64,000 nt of DNA from a virus. The translations under genes and the position numbers were made by a program. How positions within the stretch are numbered: the first letter of the stretch is position 1; each line of letters begins with the position of its first letter. The stretch is taken from positions 1 to 64,000 of the IMG/VR virus record IMGVR_UViG_3300008107_005910; one strand, 5' to 3'. This document shows positions 47,439-58,192 of this stretch, piece by piece. The notes beneath the pieces were generated by a model that saw only the letters and a list, made by a program, of their open reading frames with translations, made no database searches and had not been told where the DNA came from.

Positions 47439-48069
47439 TTTTCTTCTGCAATTTCATAAGTACATCCATACCTCGATAGCTTACATCAAAAGCCAATGAC
47501 AAACGAGGGACTTCTGTTTTATTTGGACGAACACCATGTTTGAGCCAACTAGGGAATAGTATCAATTCTCCTGTTCGTGTTGATATCTCTTGGCAATTTT
47601 GTGATAACTTATGTTCATCGTCTTGTGGCAAAGTAGATGCTAATGCTTCGTTAGGATCTTGAAAGTATATGTTTCCTTGCTCATCGGATTCTTTATACAC
47701 ATAAAAACAACCTGATATAAAATAAGGGCTATGGTTGTGCATAATTGCATGACCACCATTATTATATTTGTTTGCCCAAGAGTAGTGTATGCCAGGACTT
47801 TGTACCAATCCCAATTCTTTCCAATATACTTCAATGTGTTGATTAATAAAATCCCAAACGTCAGATAATATTTTTTCTTTGTGCAAGAACAACATTCCAT
47901 TGGTACTTGTGCTTATTTCCTTACCTGTGCCTGAAAGCTCTGCGTAGGTAGCCGTATCTTTATCAAACTGATGAAAGAATGGTTCAAGCCTGCGCATAAA
48001 ATCCACATGATCATAATCAGGCATTGTTGCTCTATATATTCGTGTAGGAAATAAATTCACTATGGACAT
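47431..48069 (-). CDS. 2OG-Fe(II) oxygenase (phage type)
   Basis: SWAN, HNH..ISGCFY, LFPSWLKHGV.PN..RLSLAF. Confidence 0.85.
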   Translation of the reverse strand: MSIVNLFPTRIYRATMPDYDHVDFMRRLEPFFHQFDKDTATYAELSGTGKEISTSTNGMLFLHKEKILSDVWDFINQHIEVYWKELGLVQSPGIHYSWANKYNNGGHAIMHNHSPYFISGCFYVYKESDEQGNIYFQDPNEALASTLPQDDEHKLSQNCQEISTRTGELILFPSWLKHGVRPNKTEVPRLSLAFDVSYRGMDVLMKLQKKND

Positions 48070-48075
48070 GATACA

Positions 48076-49032
48076 TTATAACACATTTGGGTTATAAAAC
48101 ACAAGAAATTGTGGAACAAACCAAACTTGCTTGGCAAACTTATGGAACATCCAGAATCCCTCAAATGTGCCTTCTGGATAATCTGATGGAACAAACAGTA
48201 TCCTAGATTTCAATGTTTGTAGAGTTGGCCTTAATTTATTAAAAGTTCCTCGAATATGTATTTCATCTAGTTTGGAGATTTTACCACTATAGAACTTATC
48301 CTTAGAATCTGTTTCAGCTTCGTTGAACTCTGCACCCTTGTACACATGATACAAATCGTCTTGTTTGCCTAACCATATGCCAACCTCAACCAATTGGTCA
48401 AACAACTCTCTAACCTGTTCTACTGTAGTAAACTTATAGTCGTCATTATAAACAAAATTTTGATGGTAATCTAATAAGTTATTAGCATTATCAAACTCCA
48501 TATCAGACTGCGCTTTTAACTTATCAAACTCGCCATCACGTTGCTTTTCAACCCAATCATTCCAAATAAAGAACATAAAGCCGTCAGACTTATGTCCGTT
48601 ATAAATGCTCCATTTCATTCTATGAAATATAGTTTTACAAAAACAATTTAATTGATAGGTAAACTCTACTACATCAATGTATCCATTGCCATCCTTGTGT
48701 AGCATTGTTTCCATAACAATACCATCATAAAAAGGAATATTCCATTCCTGTAAATGTTTAAAACTTTCTCTGTCGTAAGGATTATCAGTTACAGGCGGAT
48801 TGCCAAAGTCTTGACGTTTGCCTTCTTCAGCTAATGTTCTGTCAATTACTTTGTTTACTTCTGCTATCTTCTTAGGGTTAGCAACATATACTCTAGGTCT
48901 TATTTGATACCCTGGATACTTTGCAGATAGTGTTTCAGACCTATTGCTTCTTCTTTCAACTAAGAAATCAATAATGCTTCCAAACTCTCCGCCTCTTAGA
49001 TATTCATCACTATCTACATCATATACTTTCAT
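48076..49032 (-). CDS. hypothetical protein
   Basis: 318 aa ORF in the island. Confidence 0.65.
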   Translation of the reverse strand: MKVYDVDSDEYLRGGEFGSIIDFLVERRSNRSETLSAKYPGYQIRPRVYVANPKKIAEVNKVIDRTLAEEGKRQDFGNPPVTDNPYDRESFKHLQEWNIPFYDGIVMETMLHKDGNGYIDVVEFTYQLNCFCKTIFHRMKWSIYNGHKSDGFMFFIWNDWVEKQRDGEFDKLKAQSDMEFDNANNLLDYHQNFVYNDDYKFTTVEQVRELFDQLVEVGIWLGKQDDLYHVYKGAEFNEAETDSKDKFYSGKISKLDEIHIRGTFNKLRPTLQTLKSRILFVPSDYPEGTFEGFWMFHKFAKQVWFVPQFLVFYNPNVL

Positions 49033-49708
49033 TTAATATCTCCTGTAAGGACAAAGGCTGATAGCCTAACTCCTTAAATACATTTCCTGGTAGCCTTGGA
49101 TCATTGTGGCAGTTAATAAAACTTGTATTTAGACTACTAAAAATATTGTTAAATTGATCTACCATTTCTGCTGTAATACTACTGCGTTTAAGGACTACAG
49201 ATTCATAGCGTGTAATCAAATTATTGTAGTTGTTATGTACAGTTGGACAATTAAATTTTTGCCCCATAAATTCAAACTTGCCATTTTTGATTATGTCCTC
49301 AAACTTTAAAGTCGTTACATAATCTAATTTAGACAACGTAATACTATCAATAACTGATGAAGTTGTTACTGGTGTTACATAATCTAATCCAACTGGTAAC
49401 TCGTCATCTTCAAACAAATCATCAATCCCAGTCAAATAAGACACTGTTGGGTGTCTAATTATATTCAATATTTGAACATCATAATCTTTACGTAGTTGAT
49501 CTAAGAACACGCGACTAAATGTTCCACCAATTGCTTGACATTGTTCTAAAGTATCATAGTCTTGTTTATACTCAACTTCCGTTAACATTCCTAAGTCAAC
49601 TCTAGGCAAAGAAAAGTTATTATAGCAATGCAAGTAAGACGCAACTGGACTAATTTCTTTTGCAAAGAACTTGTGTTTGATCCCAGGAAGACCACTCACT
49701 ACAATCAC
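49019..49708 (-). CDS. hypothetical protein (sulfotransferase-like motifs; paralog of 54796..55797)
   Basis: VSGL, NIIRHP, KFEDII. Confidence 0.6.
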   Translation of the reverse strand: MIVVSGLPGIKHKFFAKEISPVASYLHCYNNFSLPRVDLGMLTEVEYKQDYDTLEQCQAIGGTFSRVFLDQLRKDYDVQILNIIRHPTVSYLTGIDDLFEDDELPVGLDYVTPVTTSSVIDSITLSKLDYVTTLKFEDIIKNGKFEFMGQKFNCPTVHNNYNNLITRYESVVLKRSSITAEMVDQFNNIFSSLNTSFINCHNDPRLPGNVFKELGYQPLSLQEILNESI

Positions 49709-50520
49709 TCTAAACTCCTTTGTACAAATTTCATTAGCTCACCATAATACTCATCGTCTTTCATTTCTCTACCAGTAATTTTAAAACTACGAACTCCCAT
49801 CTCTTTTAGTCTACGCATTGCTGGTGGCTCTATATCCATTTCTTCATACTTGCTGTCCTTATCTGGATTAAACTTAGGCAACCAACATTCTTCTACTTCA
49901 CGACTGTATGGACGTCTTGCTGTGTTCTCATCAGCAATGGCTTTGAAGTGTTCATCAAAATATTTACAGCCCCAGACGCAGGTGTCGTTCAACATTACTT
50001 CCCATTTGGTTTTATCAAGCTCATTGGATCTAGGATCAAAGATATGTTCAAAACGTGGGACTATCCAGTCGTACTTAGTTTCTAGTTCCTTGTACCAGGA
50101 AATGTCTGAATCCTGTAATGGAATGTTTAGTCTGCCCATTCCAGTTATACTGTATATTAAATCATACTTGGGAAAATTATCACGCACATATTGACGTAGA
50201 CTGTCATTAACAATAATAAGGGCATTGCCTTCCCTGTGAAACTTTTCTAGTAATTCATTACCTAATGGATCAGTTAAATCAATATTATGATTACTAAAAG
50301 TTAGAGCTATGCTTACACCTTTACTGTAGTAATAATTGATAAGAGCATCACTATAATAAACATCTCTATTGATTCTTCCGCCGTTCCAATCACATTTGTT
50401 AATACCATCGTAGACAACTAACTCGTTAGTATCAACTAAGTTGTGACTTAGGAACTTAACAAGTGGAATTGATTTACTGAATGCGCCTGCTAATAGATAT
50501 CTCATTACATTAAAAAGCAT
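49705..50520 (-). CDS. U32-peptidase-like (Fe-S) protein
   Basis: WNGGR, EVMLNDTC..GC..H, C, FKITGR; family is inference. Confidence 0.6.
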   Translation of the reverse strand: MLFNVMRYLLAGAFSKSIPLVKFLSHNLVDTNELVVYDGINKCDWNGGRINRDVYYSDALINYYYSKGVSIALTFSNHNIDLTDPLGNELLEKFHREGNALIIVNDSLRQYVRDNFPKYDLIYSITGMGRLNIPLQDSDISWYKELETKYDWIVPRFEHIFDPRSNELDKTKWEVMLNDTCVWGCKYFDEHFKAIADENTARRPYSREVEECWLPKFNPDKDSKYEEMDIEPPAMRRLKEMGVRSFKITGREMKDDEYYGELMKFVQRSLE

Positions 50521-51254
50521 TTGTCTTTAGGACAAATACCATCCGTTTTAATTCTGTAGCAACAATTATATAGTTGCAAGTTTGGTCCATACAAAAAGTA
50601 TTTGTCTTTGTATAAACAAGTTTTGCCTTTAGTTGTGAAGTTAGGATTAGCCCACAACTCTGAGCGTGACTCACCTAAACGTTTCTCGTCTTCAAATTGT
50701 ATTATGTTTTTAAGTTTACTATCGTTTTTGAGTTGATTGAACTTGTCTAATATTGTATTGCTCACTCCATCACCAAAATCTGTAATGGGAGTCAAATACA
50801 CTTCTGAAGTTTGTGCAAGCTCTTTAACTTTGAAGTAATAGATTAAAGCATTCTCTTGGCTGTACATGATATCGTATCTACGTACATTATGCTGTGACTG
50901 CATTACTTCGTACAGTTCTTCAATGGACATTTCACTAGGATGTATACTTGCCTGCATTGTGAATGGCTGTTGAATTCCTTTAATTACTTTAACACTATAC
51001 GGACTTAGATTAGTTTGTATTACGAATGGAACGTTCAACTCGTTAAAGCATTGTATAATATATTCAATGTCAGGATGCACAAACGGCTCTCCACCAAATA
51101 CAAACACTTCCACGTTAGGATATGTTTCCCCTAACATCTTAACAAAGTTACGTATAGTTTCTCTATCTAAGTTGGGATAGATGCTTTTGTCCAAGTTGGT
51201 ACAATAAAAACAACCGTAGTTGCATTTCATTGTAATTTCCCATTCAACTTGCAT
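50505..51254 (-). CDS. radical SAM protein
   Basis: CNYGCFYC, GGEPF, QTN; C-terminal Cys cluster. Confidence 0.9.
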   Translation of the reverse strand: MQVEWEITMKCNYGCFYCTNLDKSIYPNLDRETIRNFVKMLGETYPNVEVFVFGGEPFVHPDIEYIIQCFNELNVPFVIQTNLSPYSVKVIKGIQQPFTMQASIHPSEMSIEELYEVMQSQHNVRRYDIMYSQENALIYYFKVKELAQTSEVYLTPITDFGDGVSNTILDKFNQLKNDSKLKNIIQFEDEKRLGESRSELWANPNFTTKGKTCLYKDKYFLYGPNLQLYNCCYRIKTDGICPKDKCFLM

Positions 51255-52146
51255 TTTTCACCTTTAGTTGTTTTAACAATCCATCACAATTACATGCCTT
51301 GTGTGGGCATATCATTGGTACAGTTTTTGTTATATTCTTAAAGTAGTCTGGGTTATCTATCAAACTTGTACGTTTGCCATCCAAACAAAACTTAATAACT
51401 CCTCCGTATACATCTACTTCGTAATTATTGTTGTAGCAACTCCAACCTTGAAAATTAGTTAAACCTTGATTGAAGACTTGATAATCATTAAACACATCAT
51501 CGTCATATACTAAATCTTTTTCAAAATCTTCTAAGAATTTGAAGTACTCCCAAAAGTCTTCTCTGTAATGAAACAATGTGTGTACATCCTTTCCGTATAT
51601 AAAATGTGGGTGTATTTTCAATCCTTCAATGCCTGCACAAATCTCAAACATCTCTTTGATAAGCGGCCACAATTTCTTGTCGTGATGTAACATTATATTG
51701 ACTTTACATTTATATCCACGACTCAACATTAATTTCATATTAGCAATGAATCTATCCCTGTTGGTACAATCAGCAGGATGATAACTGAACAAAAATGCTA
51801 TCTTGTCATATTGTGGATGACTAGTAAAATCTCTCTCAGCATTGGTTACTACGTATACCCATTTGAACTTGTCAATTGCATGTAGTCTGTCCATTATGTA
51901 ATAGTAATGAGGACTTAGTGTTGGCTCTCCGCCCAACAATCCTAAATTGAAATTCAAACTGCTACGACTTAAAGAATCAATGACAGCATCAACAACTTCA
52001 CGCTTGCCCATTTGTCCCCATTTTTCTGCATACTCATTACGAGCGTAACAGTAAGAACAGTTTAATTGGCATATGGTTAAGACATCCCAATGCACATTAA
52101 TGTGATCAGGATCTTGATCTATGTGATGTTGCTTTGAATACTTCAC
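51244..52146 (-). CDS. radical SAM protein
   Basis: CQLNCSYC, GGEPT; CPHKACNCD tail. Confidence 0.9.
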   Translation of the reverse strand: MKYSKQHHIDQDPDHINVHWDVLTICQLNCSYCYARNEYAEKWGQMGKREVVDAVIDSLSRSSLNFNLGLLGGEPTLSPHYYYIMDRLHAIDKFKWVYVVTNAERDFTSHPQYDKIAFLFSYHPADCTNRDRFIANMKLMLSRGYKCKVNIMLHHDKKLWPLIKEMFEICAGIEGLKIHPHFIYGKDVHTLFHYREDFWEYFKFLEDFEKDLVYDDDVFNDYQVFNQGLTNFQGWSCYNNNYEVDVYGGVIKFCLDGKRTSLIDNPDYFKNITKTVPMICPHKACNCDGLLKQLKVKNAS

Positions 52147-52802
52147 TGATACTCCTTTAAGAAATCCATAGATACAATAACATCTAATTCTTTCTTTGTT
52201 CCTTCAAACGAAATATTGTCGCCACCATCTATTGTTTGATAAAATAATACTTTGTTTAATGTAAGAACTTGTTTTGAATGTTTGGCTGCAAACATTACTA
52301 AATTAATGTCGTTGTGTACATTATTATCCATTGGGAATGGAAAATGTTCAATTACTTTACGTTTAAAAATAAACTGTGATAATTGCAAGTGCTCTAAATT
52401 AAGATTAGATACAAATTCCTCTGGTGTAAGTAGCGCATCATTAAACAAGCGCATGAATGTTAGCTTGTCGTCTGTATTATATGTTGGACAGTAGTTACCA
52501 GCAATGATATCTGCAACTAAGGGGACTTCAAAGTTCTTTACTAGATAGTCATCATCTTCTAAAAAGTATACATACTCGCCTGAAGCTTTTGATAAAAGGA
52601 ATTGATAGACTTTAGATAGATTATCAAACTTATTAAAATAATAAGTTATGTTAGGATGGTAGTCTTCTGGAATCACATCATCACTATCATTATTGACTAT
52701 GATCTCTACGTTGTTATTGTCAAGCAATAGACGTGCAGATTTCAAACAGCGTTTGAATAACTCTGGACGTTTATGTGTAGGTATCAATATGCTTAGTTTC
52801 AT
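52143..52802 (-). CDS. glycosyltransferase family 2
   Basis: LSILIPT..RP, A.GEYVYFLEDDD. Confidence 0.88.
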   Translation of the reverse strand: MKLSILIPTHKRPELFKRCLKSARLLLDNNNVEIIVNNDSDDVIPEDYHPNITYYFNKFDNLSKVYQFLLSKASGEYVYFLEDDDYLVKNFEVPLVADIIAGNYCPTYNTDDKLTFMRLFNDALLTPEEFVSNLNLEHLQLSQFIFKRKVIEHFPFPMDNNVHNDINLVMFAAKHSKQVLTLNKVLFYQTIDGGDNISFEGTKKELDVIVSMDFLKEYQ

Positions 52803-53866
52803 TTTTTTAAATAAAAGTTTACTTCTTTAATTTTTTCACCTGGTTCTGGATAAAATTCTTCATCCATTTCCTTTTTAATTCCATCACAAATATAAAAATG
52901 TTTACAAGTTACACAACTTAAATCTTTACGATAAAATCTTTCTCTATGACTGGCGGCTTCTTTATACGCCATTTTAACTTTCTCTTCCTCAGTATATGGT
53001 CTGCTTACATCCATTTCTTGATTGTAGGTTTCGCGATTCCAATCTCTAACATCATATATGTGTTGAAATATATTATACTGATATTGTTCATAACCCTTCA
53101 TATAGCAGTACGGAGTATATCGAACAATTATTTCAATTTCCTTATCTAATTTATCAATACATTTTTTAATACCGTCAGTTAAATCAGATAGACTTAAATT
53201 GCTAAAGTCTTCTTCATTGTTCTCAAGCCAATAATTTAATGTAATAAAATTAACAGCTACTGGCTTAATTGAATTAATTAGGTCTGCATAAACATTTTCA
53301 AGTTGATGATAATTTCTAGAATAAACTGTACAATTGATTCTAACAATCATTCCCAATTCTTGTGCGTTTTTTATTCCTTGTAATATTTTTTCATATGATC
53401 CTGGACGATTAGTAATTGCCTCATGTGTTTCTTTGGTAGGCCCATGTAAGCTGAACAATATCTCTTTTAATCCATGTTCCTTACTCTTACGTAAGTGATT
53501 CATATTGGCAAAAGTTCCGCCATGGCTTAGACAACTAATACTGGTAAATCTTTCATTACAGTAATCTAAAATTTTAAACCAATCAGGACTCATGGAACTT
53601 TCGCCGCCGCTTAAATCAACTTCAGTAATGCCGTAATCATACAAATAGTCAATCCTCTTTTTGACCACTTCCCATGGAGTTTTTTGATCTAGTATATCCC
53701 TATAATAACAAAATTCACAATCATAATTACATAACGGACCAGTGTCTAATCTAGACCTATTACATCTAGTAGATTTAAAATCATAATTTAATCCAGACAC
53801 ACTCAACTGTTGTAAGTCGTGTTGTACAGGAGATTGTTTTGTAAAAGATATTTTACTTTCTTTCAT
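52799..53866 (-). CDS. radical SAM protein with C-terminal CxxCx5C motif
   Basis: CNYDCEFC, SGGES, PYC, CVTCKHFYICDG. Confidence 0.9.
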   Translation of the reverse strand: MKESKISFTKQSPVQHDLQQLSVSGLNYDFKSTRCNRSRLDTGPLCNYDCEFCYYRDILDQKTPWEVVKKRIDYLYDYGITEVDLSGGESSMSPDWFKILDYCNERFTSISCLSHGGTFANMNHLRKSKEHGLKEILFSLHGPTKETHEAITNRPGSYEKILQGIKNAQELGMIVRINCTVYSRNYHQLENVYADLINSIKPVAVNFITLNYWLENNEEDFSNLSLSDLTDGIKKCIDKLDKEIEIIVRYTPYCYMKGYEQYQYNIFQHIYDVRDWNRETYNQEMDVSRPYTEEEKVKMAYKEAASHRERFYRKDLSCVTCKHFYICDGIKKEMDEEFYPEPGEKIKEVNFYLKK

Positions 53867-54792
53867 GTTATGAACTCTTTAACATATTTGATAAAATCAT
53901 CGTTATCTGTCAATAATAATGAATTAATGTCTTTTGAAATATCTTCTCGCCTTCTTTCAACGCCACCGCAGACATAATCAATATCATATATCACTTCCTT
54001 ACCATAAACTGCACACTCAACAATAAACCTTGGGCTACAATCTCCTTTATCTGGTGTAGCAGTATATATGTAGGTATCAAAGTTTTCAAATATATTTTTG
54101 ATTGGCGCTTGAGCAACAATCACATTGTCGCTTGCTATCGTTTTGTAGATGTGAGGTTCATTAGTAAGTACTAGATATTTGTCAAATTGATATTTAGATA
54201 AAACATTTTTCAAATCATTAATTGATAATGCTCTACAGTTAGTAGTTAGGTAGAGAAGTGCTGTATTAGTTTTTATTAGTTGTGGATGATGATATTTTGA
54301 CCAAAGTATCTTTTTGACATAGTCTATTACTTTGATATTAATGTTATCATATCTCTCAGGATATAACTTAAAATCCTGCATGACATGAGCATGTTTGATT
54401 GTTTTGTGATTATGGAAGCTACTGAAGTCGTCTTCACTACACCTTAGTAAAAACATATTTTCAGTATAGAAGACACAACTTAAGAATCGCCAACTGCCAT
54501 CAACAACACAGACATTGTTTGCCATAACAATTTTAGGCACAGCACACTCAAACGTGTCTTCTTGTATTTTTACAAATTCGTCTTCTGTGAAACTATATTT
54601 GTCTTTGACCGCAGTTAAAAATAAATCTTTGCTAGTACGGTCAGTTAACAAAATGCAGGAATTAATTCCATTGATAGAACTTATGTAATAATAGTCGATG
54701 AGTTCATACAAGTGGCCACTGACACCATGCTGGCATTCAAAAGAAGTGGTGAAGACGAGATCGTACTTCTTTAGATCGACTATTTTGGACAT
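53863..54792 (-). CDS. hypothetical protein (possible GT-B glycosyltransferase)
   Basis: HGVSGH; DCSPRFIVEC..YGK resembles the GT-B E-x7-E region. Confidence 0.55.
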   Translation of the reverse strand: MSKIVDLKKYDLVFTTSFECQHGVSGHLYELIDYYYISSINGINSCILLTDRTSKDLFLTAVKDKYSFTEDEFVKIQEDTFECAVPKIVMANNVCVVDGSWRFLSCVFYTENMFLLRCSEDDFSSFHNHKTIKHAHVMQDFKLYPERYDNINIKVIDYVKKILWSKYHHPQLIKTNTALLYLTTNCRALSINDLKNVLSKYQFDKYLVLTNEPHIYKTIASDNVIVAQAPIKNIFENFDTYIYTATPDKGDCSPRFIVECAVYGKEVIYDIDYVCGGVERRREDISKDINSLLLTDNDDFIKYVKEFIT

Positions 54793-54795
54793 CTG

Positions 54796-55797
54796 TCACT
54801 CCTTTGGAGCGAAGATTTGTTCAAGAGTGATTGGGGTGTAACCTAAAGAAACAAGCAAAGAATCTGAAAGATGTGGGAGTGGACGATTGTATTCTTTTTC
54901 TAATTCTTCTCTAAATCTAGAATATGCTGAACATATTCCTTCAACTGCGTCAACATCCACGTAGTCTAAATTTAAATTTTCTTTTTCCCACACAGATATT
55001 ATTCCGTTGTAATCTGCATATCCTTCAGGCATCTGAATTTTGTGATTTTCAATCTCAACGTAACCACTCTTTAATATATCTTCAAATTTAATAGATGTTA
55101 CGTCAGTGAGTTGGTTTAGTGTATATGCGTTAACTGCTGACCTAATTGCTCTTATTCGATTTCTCTCTGGAGACATTGTAGGATTTTTTTCATAATACGA
55201 AGGTTTATTTTCGTTGAAGTATGTAACTACGGAAGGGTGTCTTATGATATTGTACACCTTTACATTTTGCTCACCTATGTCTCTTTTTATTAAATCAATA
55301 AATGCTTTTGAAAAAGAACCATTTACAACATGTACATTAGATGGTCTATTTCTATAGTAATTTAAAAAGTCTTGATAACCGTGTGCAAAACTATGATACT
55401 GTATTGGAGTATCCCATTCATAGGCGCTAGTATCTATACCAAGATCATATTCTATATCAACAAAAATAGTTTCAAAACTTGAAGGATTATTTGTCATGTC
55501 TAAAAATAATCTATCATACAAGTCGTCAGCTTCTGTAAAAATAGACAACCCGTCCTCGCCGCTAAGAAGTGTTGTTAGTTCTCGATTTTTTGTATCATAA
55601 ACAACTTCATTTTGTGCATTGAATATTTGAAAAGGATGAGCTATATATGACTTACCATCGTCAGATTCTGCAAATTCTGCATCAAACGTAACAGTGTGTC
55701 CATTTTTCAAATTAAAGACTGGATTCATAGCGCAAAAAACTTTTTTTGCGATATAATTTTTATTAATTGATTCTAGACCACTAATAATGACTAACAT
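54796..55797 (-). CDS. hypothetical protein (paralog of 49019..49708)
   Basis: ISGL, GSFS..F.D.IK.D, NIIRHP, KFEDIL, LGY.P. Confidence 0.6.
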   Translation of the reverse strand: MLVIISGLESINKNYIAKKVFCAMNPVFNLKNGHTVTFDAEFAESDDGKSYIAHPFQIFNAQNEVVYDTKNRELTTLLSGEDGLSIFTEADDLYDRLFLDMTNNPSSFETIFVDIEYDLGIDTSAYEWDTPIQYHSFAHGYQDFLNYYRNRPSNVHVVNGSFSKAFIDLIKRDIGEQNVKVYNIIRHPSVVTYFNENKPSYYEKNPTMSPERNRIRAIRSAVNAYTLNQLTDVTSIKFEDILKSGYVEIENHKIQMPEGYADYNGIISVWEKENLNLDYVDVDAVEGICSAYSRFREELEKEYNRPLPHLSDSLLVSLGYTPITLEQIFAPKE

Positions 55798-55801
55798 CCA
55801 A

Positions 55802-56209
55802 TTATTTCCTTAGATAAGACTCAACAATCAAATTAACTGCGTCCTCATCATTTTGATTTGGCAGTCTTTTTAATTTGTTTATAATATCAAAATACTGTTC
55901 TTTTTTATCTTCTAAAATTTTAATTTCGTCTTTTAAAGTGATGTATTTTTCTAAATCTGCAATCAATGACTCGTCATTAAGTTCAATGATTTTAATATAA
56001 CATTCTTCTTTATTATCATCTGTGATTGCAATGCCTTTACTTAAAAATTTATTGTTTAACATCATTAAAGACACGAAGTCAATTAATTTAAAAGTTAAAA
56101 GGTCATCACCAAAATAACCACGGGCCTTAGTTTTAACTGCCCATGCCGCTTTTCCTGCATAAGTTGATCTGTCAATACCTTCTATTTCTTTTTTATTACT
56201 GTCATCCAT
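55802..56209 (-). CDS. hypothetical protein
   Basis: Start moved to MDDSNKK (GAGG RBS, right after the S74-frame stop). Confidence 0.65.
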   Translation of the reverse strand: MDDSNKKEIEGIDRSTYAGKAAWAVKTKARGYFGDDLLTFKLIDFVSLMMLNNKFLSKGIAITDDNKEECYIKIIELNDESLIADLEKYITLKDEIKILEDKKEQYFDIINKLKRLPNQNDEDAVNLIVESYLRK

Positions 56210-56210
56210 C

Positions 56211-56429
56211 TTAAGCCTCAATCATTTTTACTGGTAATTTTGAATAGTTTACTTGATAATAACCGTTTGAATCTTTACTTAGTGCATCTTCATATTTGGT
56301 GCCTAAAAGTTCTTGAGCCATAACACCAATATAAGTCTTAGCAGTGTTCCAAACGTAAGAGAAGGAATAAACATTTAAGCCTTCAACAATGTCAACAAGT
56401 TTGATAGATGTCTTTAATCTAATATCACT
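56211..56429 (-). pseudogene. orphan peptidase S74 / intramolecular chaperone domain, out of frame with 56428..56643
   Basis: Hand translation SDIRLKTSIKLVDIVEGLNVYSFSYVWNTAKTYIGVMAQELLGTKYEDALSKDSNGYYQVNYSKL...EA*; SD-x-RLK, G-x-MAQE, V-x-Y motifs; no start codon of its own. Confidence 0.8.
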
Positions 56430-56643
56430 AATTTAAATCGGCAGCTTCAATCAAACCAGTAAATCTAGCTTGAACTACAGGTGCGGCGGTGCTTCCTCGT
56501 CTAACACGTTCTAAATTGACTGCGGTTTCAATTTCTCTAAATTTGGTAGTTGTAACTTGTACTCCGGCTGCAACTGCTGGCAAAAAATAAATTACAGCAT
56601 CTGATCCAGGATTGGTACCAAATGTATTAATGACTTTTGGCAT
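56428..56643 (-). CDS. N-terminal part of candidate substrate/precursor protein
   Basis: GAGGAG RBS; stops at AAT TAG exactly where the S74 frame begins (+1). Confidence 0.7.
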   Translation of the reverse strand: MPKVINTFGTNPGSDAVIYFLPAVAAGVQVTTTKFREIETAVNLERVRRGSTAAPVVQARFTGLIEAADLN

Positions 56644-56656
56644 TACGTTGCTCCTC

Positions 56657-57046
56657 TTATATCTCTTTGTTCAAGAACTCTAAGTTCTGTTTAGCACTAT
56701 TTTGAGCAACAAACTTTTCATAATCGTCTAAATCAGAAGAGGCAGTTATAAAATCGAGAGTCTCTTCGTCTGGTGCTTTAGTAAAATTCATGTTTCCGTT
56801 TTCTACGGCTTGTTTTTCCAAAATGCTCAAAACTAATTCTTCCAATGAAAAACCCAAAATGCCTGTAACAATTTGGATTTTTTCGCTTACATCCATATTT
56901 TTTGTTTCAGCAACATGTTTGGCTGCTTTGATAATGTTTATTGACATACCAAAGCCTTCCATGAAGACGTATCCAACATCTTGATTCTCTTTCTCGATTT
57001 CCTTAATCAAATCATAAATTTGACCCATTTTTTCTTCAATCGCCAT
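56657..57046 (-). CDS. hypothetical protein
   Basis: AAGGA RBS; 129 aa. Confidence 0.65.
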   Translation of the reverse strand: MAIEEKMGQIYDLIKEIEKENQDVGYVFMEGFGMSINIIKAAKHVAETKNMDVSEKIQIVTGILGFSLEELVLSILEKQAVENGNMNFTKAPDEETLDFITASSDLDDYEKFVAQNSAKQNLEFLNKEI

Positions 57047-57926
57047 TTTTTAATTCCTTGTCTTTAAAATCGTGAAAACGCGGCGCATTTTCGTAATTAC
57101 CATATGTTGTGACGTTGCCTTCATCAGTGAAATACGTTTTTAACTGCTTTCGCTCCCCGCATCCGTTGCACATATCGCAAAATAGTTCACAAATAGGGGT
57201 TTTTATGCTGTTATTTATCCAATCATCTCTGAGCTGATTTTTAATCCTATCTAGGGTTTTCACATCGTTTTCGTCAATTTGTTCCCAAACTACAGATGTT
57301 ATCAATCTAACTGGCTTGAAGGTTTTAATGATTCTTGTCATATCTTCATAAAGATGATTGATATTAAGTTTGTGTATGGTATATCTTATTCTAAATTTCA
57401 CCCTATTTTGATTTAATTTAGATAAAACTTTAATTATGGTTGTAGTACTATCCATACCATTGTGGAAAATCCTATCGCCATTTCCCACACCGTCAAAGCT
57501 CACGTCTATGCTCAACTGTCCGCTCTTATAAAAGAAATTATTTTTAACCCTGTTAATAAATCTTTGACTTAAAAATCTTAAACCATTTGTGGTTAAATTA
57601 AAATGTACATTCTTTTTCTTAAGATATGCGTATGACATAGCGTAACAGACATTGTCCCATTCTAAAGTGGCCTCTCCACCAAATAGTACTATTAATGTTT
57701 GTCTGTCTGGATCCAATTCTCTTTCCAAGATAGCATCAATGCTTTTTTCAATATCTTCCTTAGTCATGATCTGTGGAGGACGACCTGGCAGATCTTCGTA
57801 ACAATAGGTGCAGGCTAAATTACACTTATTTGTAAAATATAAAACATTAACTGCTGAACCTTCAAAAGTAGGTTTCTCTGTTTTATCACCTACATAAAAT
57901 TCATAAGGAAAGGCCGTATCTGTCAT
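57036..57926 (-). CDS. radical SAM protein (anaerobic sulfatase-maturase-like core)
   Basis: CNLACTYC, FGGEAT, TTNG, SFDG; CELFCDMCNGC. Confidence 0.9.
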   Translation of the reverse strand: MTDTAFPYEFYVGDKTEKPTFEGSAVNVLYFTNKCNLACTYCYEDLPGRPPQIMTKEDIEKSIDAILERELDPDRQTLIVLFGGEATLEWDNVCYAMSYAYLKKKNVHFNLTTNGLRFLSQRFINRVKNNFFYKSGQLSIDVSFDGVGNGDRIFHNGMDSTTTIIKVLSKLNQNRVKFRIRYTIHKLNINHLYEDMTRIIKTFKPVRLITSVVWEQIDENDVKTLDRIKNQLRDDWINNSIKTPICELFCDMCNGCGERKQLKTYFTDEGNVTTYGNYENAPRFHDFKDKELKNGD

Positions 57927-58192
57927 TGTCTAGCCTTTGCTTCTTTTACAATGTGAGCAACATTATCTAAGAATTTTACGTAATCAAATTTATATTCAAA
58001 CAAGTGGCCTGCTTCATTCCTGTAATCAACATAATGATTGTCTACTTTTGCCTTGCCTTTTTTTGCTTCTTCAATTTGTTGTTGTAAATTATCAATAGTT
58101 AAAACAGTATCGCTCTTATGCTCAACTGGCTGCATTTCTACTTTAACAGGAATGGCAGCTATGCTTTTATAAGTTTTTTTTAATTCTTGCAT
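57923..58192 (-). CDS. small hypothetical protein
   Basis: 89 aa coupled between two radical SAM genes. Confidence 0.6.
   Translation of the reverse strand: MQELKKTYKSIAAIPVKVEMQPVEHKSDTVLTIDNLQQQIEEAKKGKAKVDNHYVDYRNEAGHLFEYKFDYVKFLDNVAHIVKEAKARQ

Noticed and set aside
56431-56437. T-TTA-AAT slippery heptamer suggesting a -1 frameshift into the S74 domain
   Set aside because: The -1 frame reads LVILD* and stops; the S74 domain is in the +1 frame
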